A stretch of 64,000 nt of DNA. Origin: an uncultured delta proteobacterium. GTDB lineage: Bacteria; Bdellovibrionota; FAC87; UBA2466. Both the position numbers and the translations under genes were made by a program. Positions 50,842 through 59,855 of this stretch are shown in pieces. How positions within the stretch are numbered: position 1 is the stretch's first letter; the number at the start of each line of letters is the position of its first letter. The notes under the pieces were generated by a model, which saw only the letters and a list, made by a program, of their open reading frames with translations, was not told the DNA's origin and did no database searches. The DNA is taken from NCBI GenBank assembly GCA_963778115.1, contig CAVZSV010000004.1, positions 2,176,001-2,240,000 of the forward strand, read 5' to 3'.

Positions 50842-53800
50842 ATGGGGCTTTGGAAAATATTTGATCAAATCCCTCGCAAGATTGTCCGGACTGGGACGCG
50901 ATTTGGTTCGACGGCCCTCACCGGACTTTGGATGGGACTTGTCGTCTTTCAATTGCTCGTCCCGCCCGGAATCAGCTTCGCTGCCGATCCCACGCCTGTG
51001 GGTGTTGCAACGGAAGAATCTCAATCAGCCGAACAAGCGCTCGATCAGAGTCGGCCAGTGCAGCTCGTCGGAAACGCCATTGAAGTCATCCGCAACGAAG
51101 GTCCGGATGGCGCTCTCGAACTCTCTGTTGAAGAACGAAATCCTTTTTATACCCTCGATCAGCGTCTGGTGGAGTTACGGCCAGGGCGGTTTGGATCTCG
51201 AGGGGGACCTTGGGATCTCAGTGCCGAAAATTACGAGATACCTAAAATAGGAGTCGCACCCGGCGTGTTAGAGCGATCCTTGACGATAGAGCCTCTTGCC
51301 AATGGAATGCGTCTCTCCTTTAAAGGGGCTCGTTGGGCGCACGACATTCACTTTTTGGATGGAAAGACGTTACGAAGCTGGACCTGCGACAATGAGCATC
51401 TGACCTTGTTCTTTGACGACCTCTCCGTCGGTTTCGTAGATATCGCAACCGTTCGCCAACTTATGTTTAAGCGACCGATCGCGATCCGTATGCTCGGCAG
51501 AATTAGAGTGAAGCCGGGCGTGCCGGTACCTACCCAAGTCAGGCTTATTCGCCGACGGTACGAATCCTTCGATAACTCGGCGGCTGGCAGAGCCGCCAGA
51601 CTCGATCGAAATCCGGAAACCCGCCAGAGGATTATTTCCACTGCCGATGGAGATCTTATCCGACGTCTCGAACACTCCGTCGCACAGACTACCTATATCC
51701 CTCTACACCCCTCCGTAGAGGGAGAGGTGAACGACTATTGGAGCGGTGATGTCGCGTTCGTGTCCGGCGAAACTTCTGAGGATCAGACTATTACCGGAGT
51801 GATTCCGCGATCGATGATAGGTGAGTGCATTGCCGAGGGAGCCACTCAGCTCATGGCTGCTCGAAAAATGATCGACCCGAACAAACTCGTCTCTCTAAGA
51901 GAATATGAGCTCTCGATGGAGGATGAGGCCAATCGGATCAACAGTTTGGCCAACAACCCGCGCTTAGCGGCCAGGATCTATCAAAGCGGCTTTGCGTCGG
52001 CTTTGATGAGAATTCCCGTCGATAATCTCGCCGCCTCGCGAAAGCATGGCAATGCGATGGTGAGGGCGGCCGATCAAAGAGATCATTTCACGCCGCAAGA
52101 ATGGCAGGACGACGGCGCTTACTTCCGCGAAGTCGTTGAAGCCGCGAAAGCGAGCCATGAGCAAGCCCAGGGGATGTCTCGCTTTAGGCGAGAGTTTCTC
52201 TATTCGATGCGCAACAATTGGAACGCCATGAAATATGGCGATGCCGTGGCCATGGTGACCCGAGTGCTCAAGGCGCGTGCGACAAAATATACCGTGGCAG
52301 GCGGGGCCGTGCTCTTTGGTGCCGACCAATATCTGACGGGAGGAGCGCTCTTTAATACGGGAGGGGGAATCGCCCTTGATGTCATGTCGAGTGCAATTCA
52401 CTGGGCAAGCGGTGTCTCGGAAGTCTTTAGCGATCTTCAGTACACAAAGCTTCTCTTCATGTACTCATTTACGGCTCAGATGGCTCTGCCCTTTTTGGTT
52501 TATGGTGTCGGAGCACTGGCCGCTCCCTTTAGCCAGGCAAAAGCGGCAGCACTGGTGGCCACAACCACGATCCGAAGTTACGCCAAAGTTTTTCAGACCT
52601 CTCCTCTAAAGTGGCTTTCGGCTTTGTCAGGACAGATGGCTTCCTTTCGGGCCGCTCAAGATGGCTATCTGATCATCCCTTCGTTTCCTCCGCTTCCTCT
52701 GACAAAGCCCGAACAGTTACCAGCGCCCGCGGAGTCCGATCCTCCGCAGTCTCGAACGCGTCGCTGGTGGCGCAATACCAGAAATAACGTCGCGGCCACG
52801 ATCGCATCAGGCCATGAGAAAAAGGCAAGAGAGGCCCTGGAGGCCAGTGAGGCCATCCAAAAACAAAAACTGATGGAGTCTCTCGCTAATTTTGCGGCGG
52901 TGGCAGCGGTGGCCCAAGAGGTAGAGATGGATCCCGGAGAACTCTATCTACTCGATATCGGTGGAGATCCGACGACTAGTGTCGGAGTAGCGAGGGCTCT
53001 TGAAATCAGGGAGCTGATGCTTCAGGAACTCCAAGATCTGTCCGAGCAGGAGTGGCGGGAGATCATAGAAAGTAACCGCGACGTGTTCGTTCAGCGAGTG
53101 CTTCAGCTAAGAAAGACCGCCGGTGAAGCCGCGGCACAACACGTAAAACAGAGTTGGTGGCAACGTTCGAAAAATTACGTCACTCAAGTGGCAAGACTCA
53201 AAGTCTTAAAAGGCCTAGCCGGCTACAACGAAAAGGTAGACGAAGATCTCGCGGCTTTGGTTCCTGATGAATTTACCTCCGATCTGATCCGGCGGGACTA
53301 TTTTATCGGATACATTATTAGCTTGCTTGCGGCAGGTCTTTGGGGAGACTGGGCACATCTCGACGATCCTACGCATCTGCATGCCCAAGCGGATCGATTC
53401 ACTTGGACAAACCCTGCCGCCCGCGCGGAAAATTTGAACCAAACGGGAATTGCACTAGGTCGGGGAGCCGCGGCGATGTCGCTGCAATATAGTAAGGAAG
53501 CGACGGGCCTTAACGTCGCTCATGTTCCAGCTGAATTCAGGGATTTCCTGGGACGCGAAGTATTCGCCAGGCGTCCGTTCTTCAGCGAGGCTTTGGATGC
53601 GACCCTCACCCTATTTAATATTCGCAAATTGCAGCCGGGGTATGCTATCCGCACCGCCATTAAGAAGAGCCGAATAACACTTTTTCAGTCGACGCTAGCC
53701 ATGGCGATGGCGAGCCGTATTCTCACCGGCGGTCAGGATGTTCGGCAGGCGCTTATCGGCGCTGGCATGTTTATGGCTTGCGCCATGTGGGCATTCGGCT

Positions 53801-54870
53801 GGCCTAACTATTTTGTGTACGGGGAACAGGAAATGCGTCAAGAGGAGATTAAAGGGCATCACGCTACCTTTCGGCAGATCCTTGTTGCTCTTAATCGAGC
53901 CTGTCGCTTTCGTCAGAACGAGCTCATTGAAGGGCTGCTCGCTCAGGCCGGGCAATATTCCAGCAAATACGGAAATGTAAAAACTCCGGCTCTGCCGGCG
54001 CGTACTGCCGAGGACACCTCAAGTTCTTACGGCACTCGCGTCCTCGACTTCTATTTAGAGCATCCTCCCTTTGCGAGTGCACCCAATCCCTGGATAAATC
54101 GTTTTGAGATGGTGACGGTCTCCATCATCACCACCATCATGGGAACTTATCTTTTTCAAAACACCATGGACATGGTGAGAGAGGGAAGGGTCACGGTCAC
54201 GGGAATGAATTGGACCGATTGGGACATCGTTACTCACGTTCCCGAGGACGACGGACTATTAACGCTTGGAATTAAGGGTGCCGCCTATACTTCTGCTGCG
54301 GAGGGAGCCCAAAGCGCTTTTAATCTCATTTGGGACAAAAGTGCCCTTACTTTATATGAGAGAAAACTCAGAAGTGTATTGGCGCTTCCGCCAACCGGGG
54401 ACGCCGCGGAGTTGGCCCACCGGCAGGCCAAGATCGTTCAGTACACCAATAATATTGAGCTGTACCGAAATCGACTAGCCGGAATTGATGGAGAGGCCGG
54501 CTCGATTAGAACGATGCTCGACTATGCGCCCATTAGGCTTGCGGAGAGTACCTTACACCAGGTGGCGGGAGCGACTCGGTACACGATCGATCAGGCAAGG
54601 CTATTCTATTTGCAGCAAGAGGCAAAAAGTCTGGCAACGCAGTTGAGAATATTACCCGCTTATCATAGCCGCCGTCCGCTCTTAGAGCGCAAGCTTGCCA
54701 TGAACCAATCGGAAGCGCTGCAGATCAAATCGAAATTCGCTTCCGATCGTCGACATCATGCGGAAATGGAAGGGCCTTGGAAGGCAGCTGCCTCTGCCTC
54801 TGTTCGAGCTACCAACGCAGCGGCGAGCTGCTCTACCTATGTTCTGCAGAACTTTCTTAGTCGCGACTGA
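50842..54870 (+). CDS. very large (~1340 aa) hypothetical exported/membrane protein
   Basis: AGGAG RBS before ATG 50842, long signal peptide (ISFA|A), several internal hydrophobic helices, no recognised domain. Confidence 0.8.
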   Translation: MGLWKIFDQIPRKIVRTGTRFGSTALTGLWMGLVVFQLLVPPGISFAADPTPVGVATEESQSAEQALDQSRPVQLVGNAIEVIRNEGPDGALELSVEERNPFYTLDQRLVELRPGRFGSRGGPWDLSAENYEIPKIGVAPGVLERSLTIEPLANGMRLSFKGARWAHDIHFLDGKTLRSWTCDNEHLTLFFDDLSVGFVDIATVRQLMFKRPIAIRMLGRIRVKPGVPVPTQVRLIRRRYESFDNSAAGRAARLDRNPETRQRIISTADGDLIRRLEHSVAQTTYIPLHPSVEGEVNDYWSGDVAFVSGETSEDQTITGVIPRSMIGECIAEGATQLMAARKMIDPNKLVSLREYELSMEDEANRINSLANNPRLAARIYQSGFASALMRIPVDNLAASRKHGNAMVRAADQRDHFTPQEWQDDGAYFREVVEAAKASHEQAQGMSRFRREFLYSMRNNWNAMKYGDAVAMVTRVLKARATKYTVAGGAVLFGADQYLTGGALFNTGGGIALDVMSSAIHWASGVSEVFSDLQYTKLLFMYSFTAQMALPFLVYGVGALAAPFSQAKAAALVATTTIRSYAKVFQTSPLKWLSALSGQMASFRAAQDGYLIIPSFPPLPLTKPEQLPAPAESDPPQSRTRRWWRNTRNNVAATIASGHEKKAREALEASEAIQKQKLMESLANFAAVAAVAQEVEMDPGELYLLDIGGDPTTSVGVARALEIRELMLQELQDLSEQEWREIIESNRDVFVQRVLQLRKTAGEAAAQHVKQSWWQRSKNYVTQVARLKVLKGLAGYNEKVDEDLAALVPDEFTSDLIRRDYFIGYIISLLAAGLWGDWAHLDDPTHLHAQADRFTWTNPAARAENLNQTGIALGRGAAAMSLQYSKEATGLNVAHVPAEFRDFLGREVFARRPFFSEALDATLTLFNIRKLQPGYAIRTAIKKSRITLFQSTLAMAMASRILTGGQDVRQALIGAGMFMACAMWAFGWPNYFVYGEQEMRQEEIKGHHATFRQILVALNRACRFRQNELIEGLLAQAGQYSSKYGNVKTPALPARTAEDTSSSYGTRVLDFYLEHPPFASAPNPWINRFEMVTVSIITTIMGTYLFQNTMDMVREGRVTVTGMNWTDWDIVTHVPEDDGLLTLGIKGAAYTSAAEGAQSAFNLIWDKSALTLYERKLRSVLALPPTGDAAELAHRQAKIVQYTNNIELYRNRLAGIDGEAGSIRTMLDYAPIRLAESTLHQVAGATRYTIDQARLFYLQQEAKSLATQLRILPAYHSRRPLLERKLAMNQSEALQIKSKFASDRRHHAEMEGPWKAAASASVRATNAAASCSTYVLQNFLSRD

Positions 54871-54937
54871 GCCATACAAAGGTCTTTCTTTTTTAGAACT
54901 GCGAACGTAAATAAAGTGGCGTGAAGGGAATTTTGTT

Positions 54938-56308
54938 GTGCTGGCGGAAGTTCGGAAGTTACTCGTTAACGTCTTCATTACCTGGTCGATTGCCTCGTCG
55001 ATTCTTTGGAGTTCCCAGGGCTGCGGCGCAATCGGAGAGTCGAGTTCTATCCAACCGGCAGCTCGACGGGAAACCGACGTGGTGGCTCTTTTGCCGGACA
55101 ACGAAGGTAGGTTTTTTGTGGTAATGCGGGGATTCCCCCCTGACATGTCGGAAGCTCGCGAAGAAACGATCTCCGTAGCCCTACACAACAAGAACGGTCT
55201 GATTTCCCGAAGCTTCAATAGCGGGCGCCCCTTTCGCATTCTCCCCAGACGTCTTAGGTCCTCCGAAGTGGTAACCGATGTAGCGGCGGCGTATCACAAG
55301 AATCGGGGGTTGATTGTGGCGATGGCCACTCAGGATGGGGCTCTAGAGCAGCGCCGGCAAGGAGCTGTGAGTGCTGTGATCCTGACCGCCATCGATGAAA
55401 ACGGCGAAGCCAATCCGGTTTTTCGGGACGAGTCCGGAGAGGTAACCTCGGTTTTGAGAATTTCCATTCCGACCGCTGAGCAGGCTCTTATGCCCAACTT
55501 TTCTCTCCAGTCGCTTCTCGCCGATGACTGGGGAAGGATTACGGTGGGGGGAATTGCCTCCGCCCATACTCAAGACGGAGGCAAACAAAAACAACTTTGC
55601 CTCTTTCGCACGTGGGGAGGAATCTTAGATACCGATTATGGTCGCAATGGATTCGTCCAAGTTCCTGTGGGCGGTGATGTCGCTTCACTTCGTCTCGACT
55701 CTCTGACTCCGCGGCGGGATCAATCGTTACTTGCCGCGGGAGAATATCGTAGCTTAATCGACGGAAGAACCCATCTTTTTAGCGTGAAACTTGATAACAG
55801 CGGGTTTCGGGATTTGTGGTACTACAGTCGCGGTTTCGCCGAGCTTCCCATCGATTTTCCTCCTCATCGTTTCCGATTCGATGTAACGGCTCTGCCTCAG
55901 GGAAACCGACTTGTTTATTTGGGCGGCCATGGAAGCGGCGATCGCCAGTCTAGCGATTACGGCATGTTCGATAGTTCCCTCGACACCGGCAAGATTCATA
56001 AAGTAAGGTCTCTCCCTTCTCATTCAACAAACTCAACTGACTTCTCCCAAGACCGAGTCCATTTAACCCGAGTGATAGCTGATAACAGTCTGCTCGTCTG
56101 GTGGGAGGGGGGAGACGGGTGGATTCGACATGAACGTTACGATGGTGCGGATTGGAGTATGAAAGAGAACGGAACGTTCTATGCCGATCATGGAATATTC
56201 TTCAACAATAGTAAATCCACGAACTTGATGACTTCCCTTTTCCAGTGCGGTTGGGAAATTTTAAGCCGTGCCCTATTTTCCAGGCGGTACGGGATCCGCA
56301 CCCACTAA
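54938..56308 (+). CDS. exported protein with degenerate delta-60-like beta-propeller repeats
   Basis: Repeats 'NGLISRSFNSG', 'NGEANPVF', 'GILDTDYGRNGFV' and 'SGFRDLWYYSRGF'. Confidence 0.6.
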   Translation: MLAEVRKLLVNVFITWSIASSILWSSQGCGAIGESSSIQPAARRETDVVALLPDNEGRFFVVMRGFPPDMSEAREETISVALHNKNGLISRSFNSGRPFRILPRRLRSSEVVTDVAAAYHKNRGLIVAMATQDGALEQRRQGAVSAVILTAIDENGEANPVFRDESGEVTSVLRISIPTAEQALMPNFSLQSLLADDWGRITVGGIASAHTQDGGKQKQLCLFRTWGGILDTDYGRNGFVQVPVGGDVASLRLDSLTPRRDQSLLAAGEYRSLIDGRTHLFSVKLDNSGFRDLWYYSRGFAELPIDFPPHRFRFDVTALPQGNRLVYLGGHGSGDRQSSDYGMFDSSLDTGKIHKVRSLPSHSTNSTDFSQDRVHLTRVIADNSLLVWWEGGDGWIRHERYDGADWSMKENGTFYADHGIFFNNSKSTNLMTSLFQCGWEILSRALFSRRYGIRTH

Positions 56309-56657
56309 AACGAGTTCGAATAGATTGAGGGGTTATCTCCAGGGGACAGTAAGTAACGAATCGGCAGCTTATTTGCTCGGGAAGCCACCAAGATAGAGAC
56401 CCAGCTAAAGGGGTCTGGATCGGAATACATCTGGAGGTTTTGGTAGGAATTGAAGGTTGCAGTGATAAACGCGGGATAAGATTTTCCCGACGACAGTGTG
56501 ACGGCAAGACCTCCCATTCCCGGGTTACTGGTCGCAGCGGCGACTTGCAGCTTGGTGACGTAGGAGTCACATACCGGAGCCGGAGCGTTGTCTGCGAGGG
56601 CGCCCCCCAGAGAAAAAAAATTATTAGACTAAGTGCGACGAAAATATGAGGTGTCAT
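56305..56657 (-). pseudogene. ~117-aa secreted protein gene frameshifted at an A8/T8 tract
   Basis: Adding one T to the minus-strand T8 (plus 56613-56620) gives MTPHIFVALSLIIFFSLGGALA|DNAPAPVCDSYVTKLQ... running into 56305..56517, whose stop overlaps the stop of the convergent gene. Confidence 0.65.
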
Positions 56658-56785
56658 GAAACCCTCCCCCTACGAGGTTCTTCTAATAGGTGGGGTGAAC
56701 TGTCACTCTGATTGATATCAACTAGCTAGTCTTGGTCGATTGCTTTGAAGCGGATTGAAAGGATTTGATCCACGAGAGGTAAAGC

Positions 56786-57853
56786 TTATTTTCGCAGGGA
56801 TGATCTCACCGGCAGGGGGATATCCTGTTTACGATCGTCTAGGCCCATGGATCGCGCCATCTCCGCCATGAGTCGCTTCGTATGAGGCAGATATCTTTGT
56901 ATGGCTTTATCTTCGTCGGCTTCCACTTCGGGGGGAATATAGAGATCTTCTTTGCTTGGCGGACCAAGGTAATTTAAGTCCACTCTCCCCCGCATTCGCT
57001 TTTTGACGTGTTCTTCCTTTGATTTGATCCAATAGTGATTTAATTGTGCGGTCTCAAACGTGGCGCGGCCGTCTTTCTTTTCGAGCCGCTCCGTGATTTC
57101 AAGGTGGGCGGGCGGAACGGGCTGGCCATTGGGATAAAGTGTGACTCCCCTGGTGTGCAGGACGTGACTGTTATCTGCACATGCGCGGCTGAGTGAGGGA
57201 CGGATGGCCGACTTCACGTGATAATTCCAGGTCGCTTCTTCGGGCATGCATCTGACAAACCTCTCAATGACAGGCCGAGAATCGGCGACGGTTAATCCCG
57301 AAGTACCGAAAACTTTCCAATGGAATACTACCGCCCCGGCTCTTGCCAAACCTGAAAACAGATCTTGAACTGTCTTATGGTCATGGAGAAGTAAGAACTC
57401 GTCAGGATCGGTGTATAGCACCCAGTCAAAATTCAGCATTTTCCAAAGGGAGTGCTTCATAAAACTATATTGTGGGGCAACTCCCTTCACGCGAGGCCAA
57501 GAAATGGCGCGCGCGAACCCCAATTGCTCAAATCCCTTCAGAAGCTTTGCGGTGTCGTCGGAGGAATCATTTTCGTAAAAGAGAAAGAAATCGAATCCAA
57601 GTAATCGATGGTAAGCCACCCATTCCAGAAGATAGTCTTGTTCATTCTTGACGATAGTTGCGATTGCAATCTTGAGACGGCGCCCCAGAATTTTTGTAGC
57701 GATTTTTCGTTTAACGCCGAACGCAAAAGAGATAACGCGGTACGCCAAGTACTCACTGCGACTCATGGCGAAAACGCCTTTTCGAGGTGAAAATAGATAA
57801 CTTCGAACGCGAGAGACCATTTTTGCCAGGAATTTGATTGGGGCAAGCTCCAT
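56786..57853 (-). CDS. GT2-like (Glyco_tranf_2_4/GT92-like) glycosyltransferase
   Basis: 'IVKNEQDYLLEWVAYH', 'YENDSSDDT', 'WVLYTDPDEFL', 'WKVFG', 'AQLNHY.IKS.EE..K..RG'. Confidence 0.85.
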   Translation of the reverse strand: MELAPIKFLAKMVSRVRSYLFSPRKGVFAMSRSEYLAYRVISFAFGVKRKIATKILGRRLKIAIATIVKNEQDYLLEWVAYHRLLGFDFFLFYENDSSDDTAKLLKGFEQLGFARAISWPRVKGVAPQYSFMKHSLWKMLNFDWVLYTDPDEFLLLHDHKTVQDLFSGLARAGAVVFHWKVFGTSGLTVADSRPVIERFVRCMPEEATWNYHVKSAIRPSLSRACADNSHVLHTRGVTLYPNGQPVPPAHLEITERLEKKDGRATFETAQLNHYWIKSKEEHVKKRMRGRVDLNYLGPPSKEDLYIPPEVEADEDKAIQRYLPHTKRLMAEMARSMGLDDRKQDIPLPVRSSLRK

Positions 57854-57975
57854 CTATAATCTCTTCGGACAAGGGCGAGAAATACTCAACGCTCGTTCCC
57901 AAGAGCAGATCCCCACTTAAGTATCCATAATCTAATGACGAAAGGAGAAGTAGCATGTAACTGGCGCTGATTAGA

Positions 57976-58860
57976 ATGCCAAAAATTTATCAAATTTACT
58001 ATAGAGCGGAGCAGAGAAGATTTCTCGATCCTAACTGCGTTCCCTACTTCAACGAAGACGATCCCAATGCTGAATTAGCTGAGTTCTCGGTTTTTCATCG
58101 AGAGTATTTAGCAAAGACGCTCTTTAGTGAAGAATATATCGGCTTTATTTCGTGGCGATTCACAGAGAAAACGAAAATTGCGATTCCTACATTCACTGAG
58201 TTTATCGAATCAAACCCTGGATACGATGTCTATTTCGTCAACCCGTACCTCTGCGAATCGTTGCTTTTTAGGAATGTGTGGACTCACGGGGAAAAGCGGC
58301 ATCCGGGGCTATTGAATCTGTCACAAGAAATTTTTGAGCGCGCTGGTTACCGTATCAATCTTAGAAAAATGATCTTAGATCCTGATGCAGTAGGTTACTG
58401 CAATTATTGGGTAGGGAACAGTCGGTTTTGGGATCTCTACATGAATTTCTGTGAACCGATTTTGGAAGTGATCAATAACAAGCTGAGTCCATCGGAGAAA
58501 CGCCTCATCGAAATTGCTAATTATTTTCGACCGTCTTCTTTTCATCCTTTTATTATGGAGAGACTATTTTCAACGGTGTTGAAGACAAAAAAAGGAATTC
58601 GATTTCTTCGTTACTGTCCAGAAGGCTATCCAGATTTAGTTTACGGCGATTTGGTTCCACATTTCCATTCCGCAGAACGAGTTTCCAAATATTTCCGAAA
58701 ATCTCCCTCGGCGCAGAGGGAATCTGTTTTAAACGACTTTGCGAGTCTATACCTTGAAATGATCGATGCACGACGTCCTCCGATGGGCGATCGTCACTTT
58801 AGAGATTCTTTGGTGGGTCAAAGAGTAAGGGGAGTTCTAAGAAGGATGGCCGGAAAATGA
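57976..58860 (+). CDS. hypothetical GT-A-like glycan biosynthesis protein
   Basis: 'KIYQIYY', 'GFISWRF.EKT', 'DVYFVNP', 'HPG', 'YCNYWVG..FW..Y', 'PFIMERLFS'; lies among glycosyltransferases. Confidence 0.55.
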   Translation: MPKIYQIYYRAEQRRFLDPNCVPYFNEDDPNAELAEFSVFHREYLAKTLFSEEYIGFISWRFTEKTKIAIPTFTEFIESNPGYDVYFVNPYLCESLLFRNVWTHGEKRHPGLLNLSQEIFERAGYRINLRKMILDPDAVGYCNYWVGNSRFWDLYMNFCEPILEVINNKLSPSEKRLIEIANYFRPSSFHPFIMERLFSTVLKTKKGIRFLRYCPEGYPDLVYGDLVPHFHSAERVSKYFRKSPSAQRESVLNDFASLYLEMIDARRPPMGDRHFRDSLVGQRVRGVLRRMAGK

Positions 58861-58897
58861 ACGGGTCTTCACGGAAAATTTATAGGGGCGTTCTAAA

Positions 58898-59839
58898 ATG
58901 ACGCCTCATACTCCCAAAGTTAGCATTATTATTCCTACGTACAATCCCAAACGTCTGGCGATCTCTTTAGCCTCTGTGTTTTCTCAAACAATGAAAGATT
59001 GGGAATTGATTTTAGTGGATGACGCTTCCACCGATAGGACCTGGGAATCGCTTCCTTTGCTTAGGGATCCGCGAGTACGTATCATTCGAAACGATCAAAA
59101 CCGCGGCGGAGGTTTTTCACGGAACAGAGGCATCGATGAGGCTAAGGGCGAATATCTCGCATTTATGGATCATGATGATGAGTGGTTTCCGAAGAAATTA
59201 GAACGGCAATTACAGGCAATTGAACAGAGCAGTTTCCGAGATCATATCGTCTGTTACACGCAGTTTGCCGAGCTTGGAGAAGGTTGCAGTCAGTTTCTTC
59301 CTATGAGGGGGAAATATCCCGAAGAACCGGTCAGTGAGTACTGCCTTCGTGGAGAAGGTTATCTTTTGACCAGTACATTGATGATTTCACGAGATCTTTG
59401 TCTTAAAATTCGTTTCCCCAATCGTAACCCTCTTGACGATATCTCTTTCTCCATGGCAGCCGAAGCAGAAGGAGCTCAATTTCTTTTCGTGGCTGAAGTC
59501 ATGGCGAAGTGGTTTCGAAGGGGCGCTAATAATAATTTCAGTAAGTTGGCAGATAGAGATTTGCTCTATCAGTGGCTTAGGGATAACGACAAAAAACTGT
59601 CTCGAGAAGCCAAGGTAAACGTTATCGTAAAATGGATTTGGCCTTCACTCATTGAGCAGAAAGGTTATCCTTTGGCTCTTTTGAGGATGGCGTCGGATTT
59701 CGTTCGGCTGGGATCGCAGATGAAGAAAATAGTGGGACCGAAATATTTTCTAAGACTCATAGTACCCAAGGATCTATTATTGCGTAGAGCGTACCGATCT
59801 TATAGAAATGAGCGACTCATGGGTAAGGGTAGGAAATAA
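58898..59839 (+). CDS. GT2 glycosyltransferase
   Basis: 'VSIIIPTYN', 'ELILVDDASTD', 'RNRGIDEAKGEYLAFMDHDDEWFPKKLERQ'. Confidence 0.92.
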   Translation: MTPHTPKVSIIIPTYNPKRLAISLASVFSQTMKDWELILVDDASTDRTWESLPLLRDPRVRIIRNDQNRGGGFSRNRGIDEAKGEYLAFMDHDDEWFPKKLERQLQAIEQSSFRDHIVCYTQFAELGEGCSQFLPMRGKYPEEPVSEYCLRGEGYLLTSTLMISRDLCLKIRFPNRNPLDDISFSMAAEAEGAQFLFVAEVMAKWFRRGANNNFSKLADRDLLYQWLRDNDKKLSREAKVNVIVKWIWPSLIEQKGYPLALLRMASDFVRLGSQMKKIVGPKYFLRLIVPKDLLLRRAYRSYRNERLMGKGRK

Positions 59840-59855
59840 TTTCAGACCCGAGATT

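Noticed and set aside
50827..55239. Nested or antisense ORFs in the 1,340-aa gene and 54682..55239
   Set aside because: They overlap longer ORFs and have non-protein-like composition.
56202..56657. 151-aa ORF as listed in the track
   Set aside because: After the T8 tract it reads as off-frame sequence and overlaps the convergent gene by 107 nt. The frameshift-corrected version fits better.
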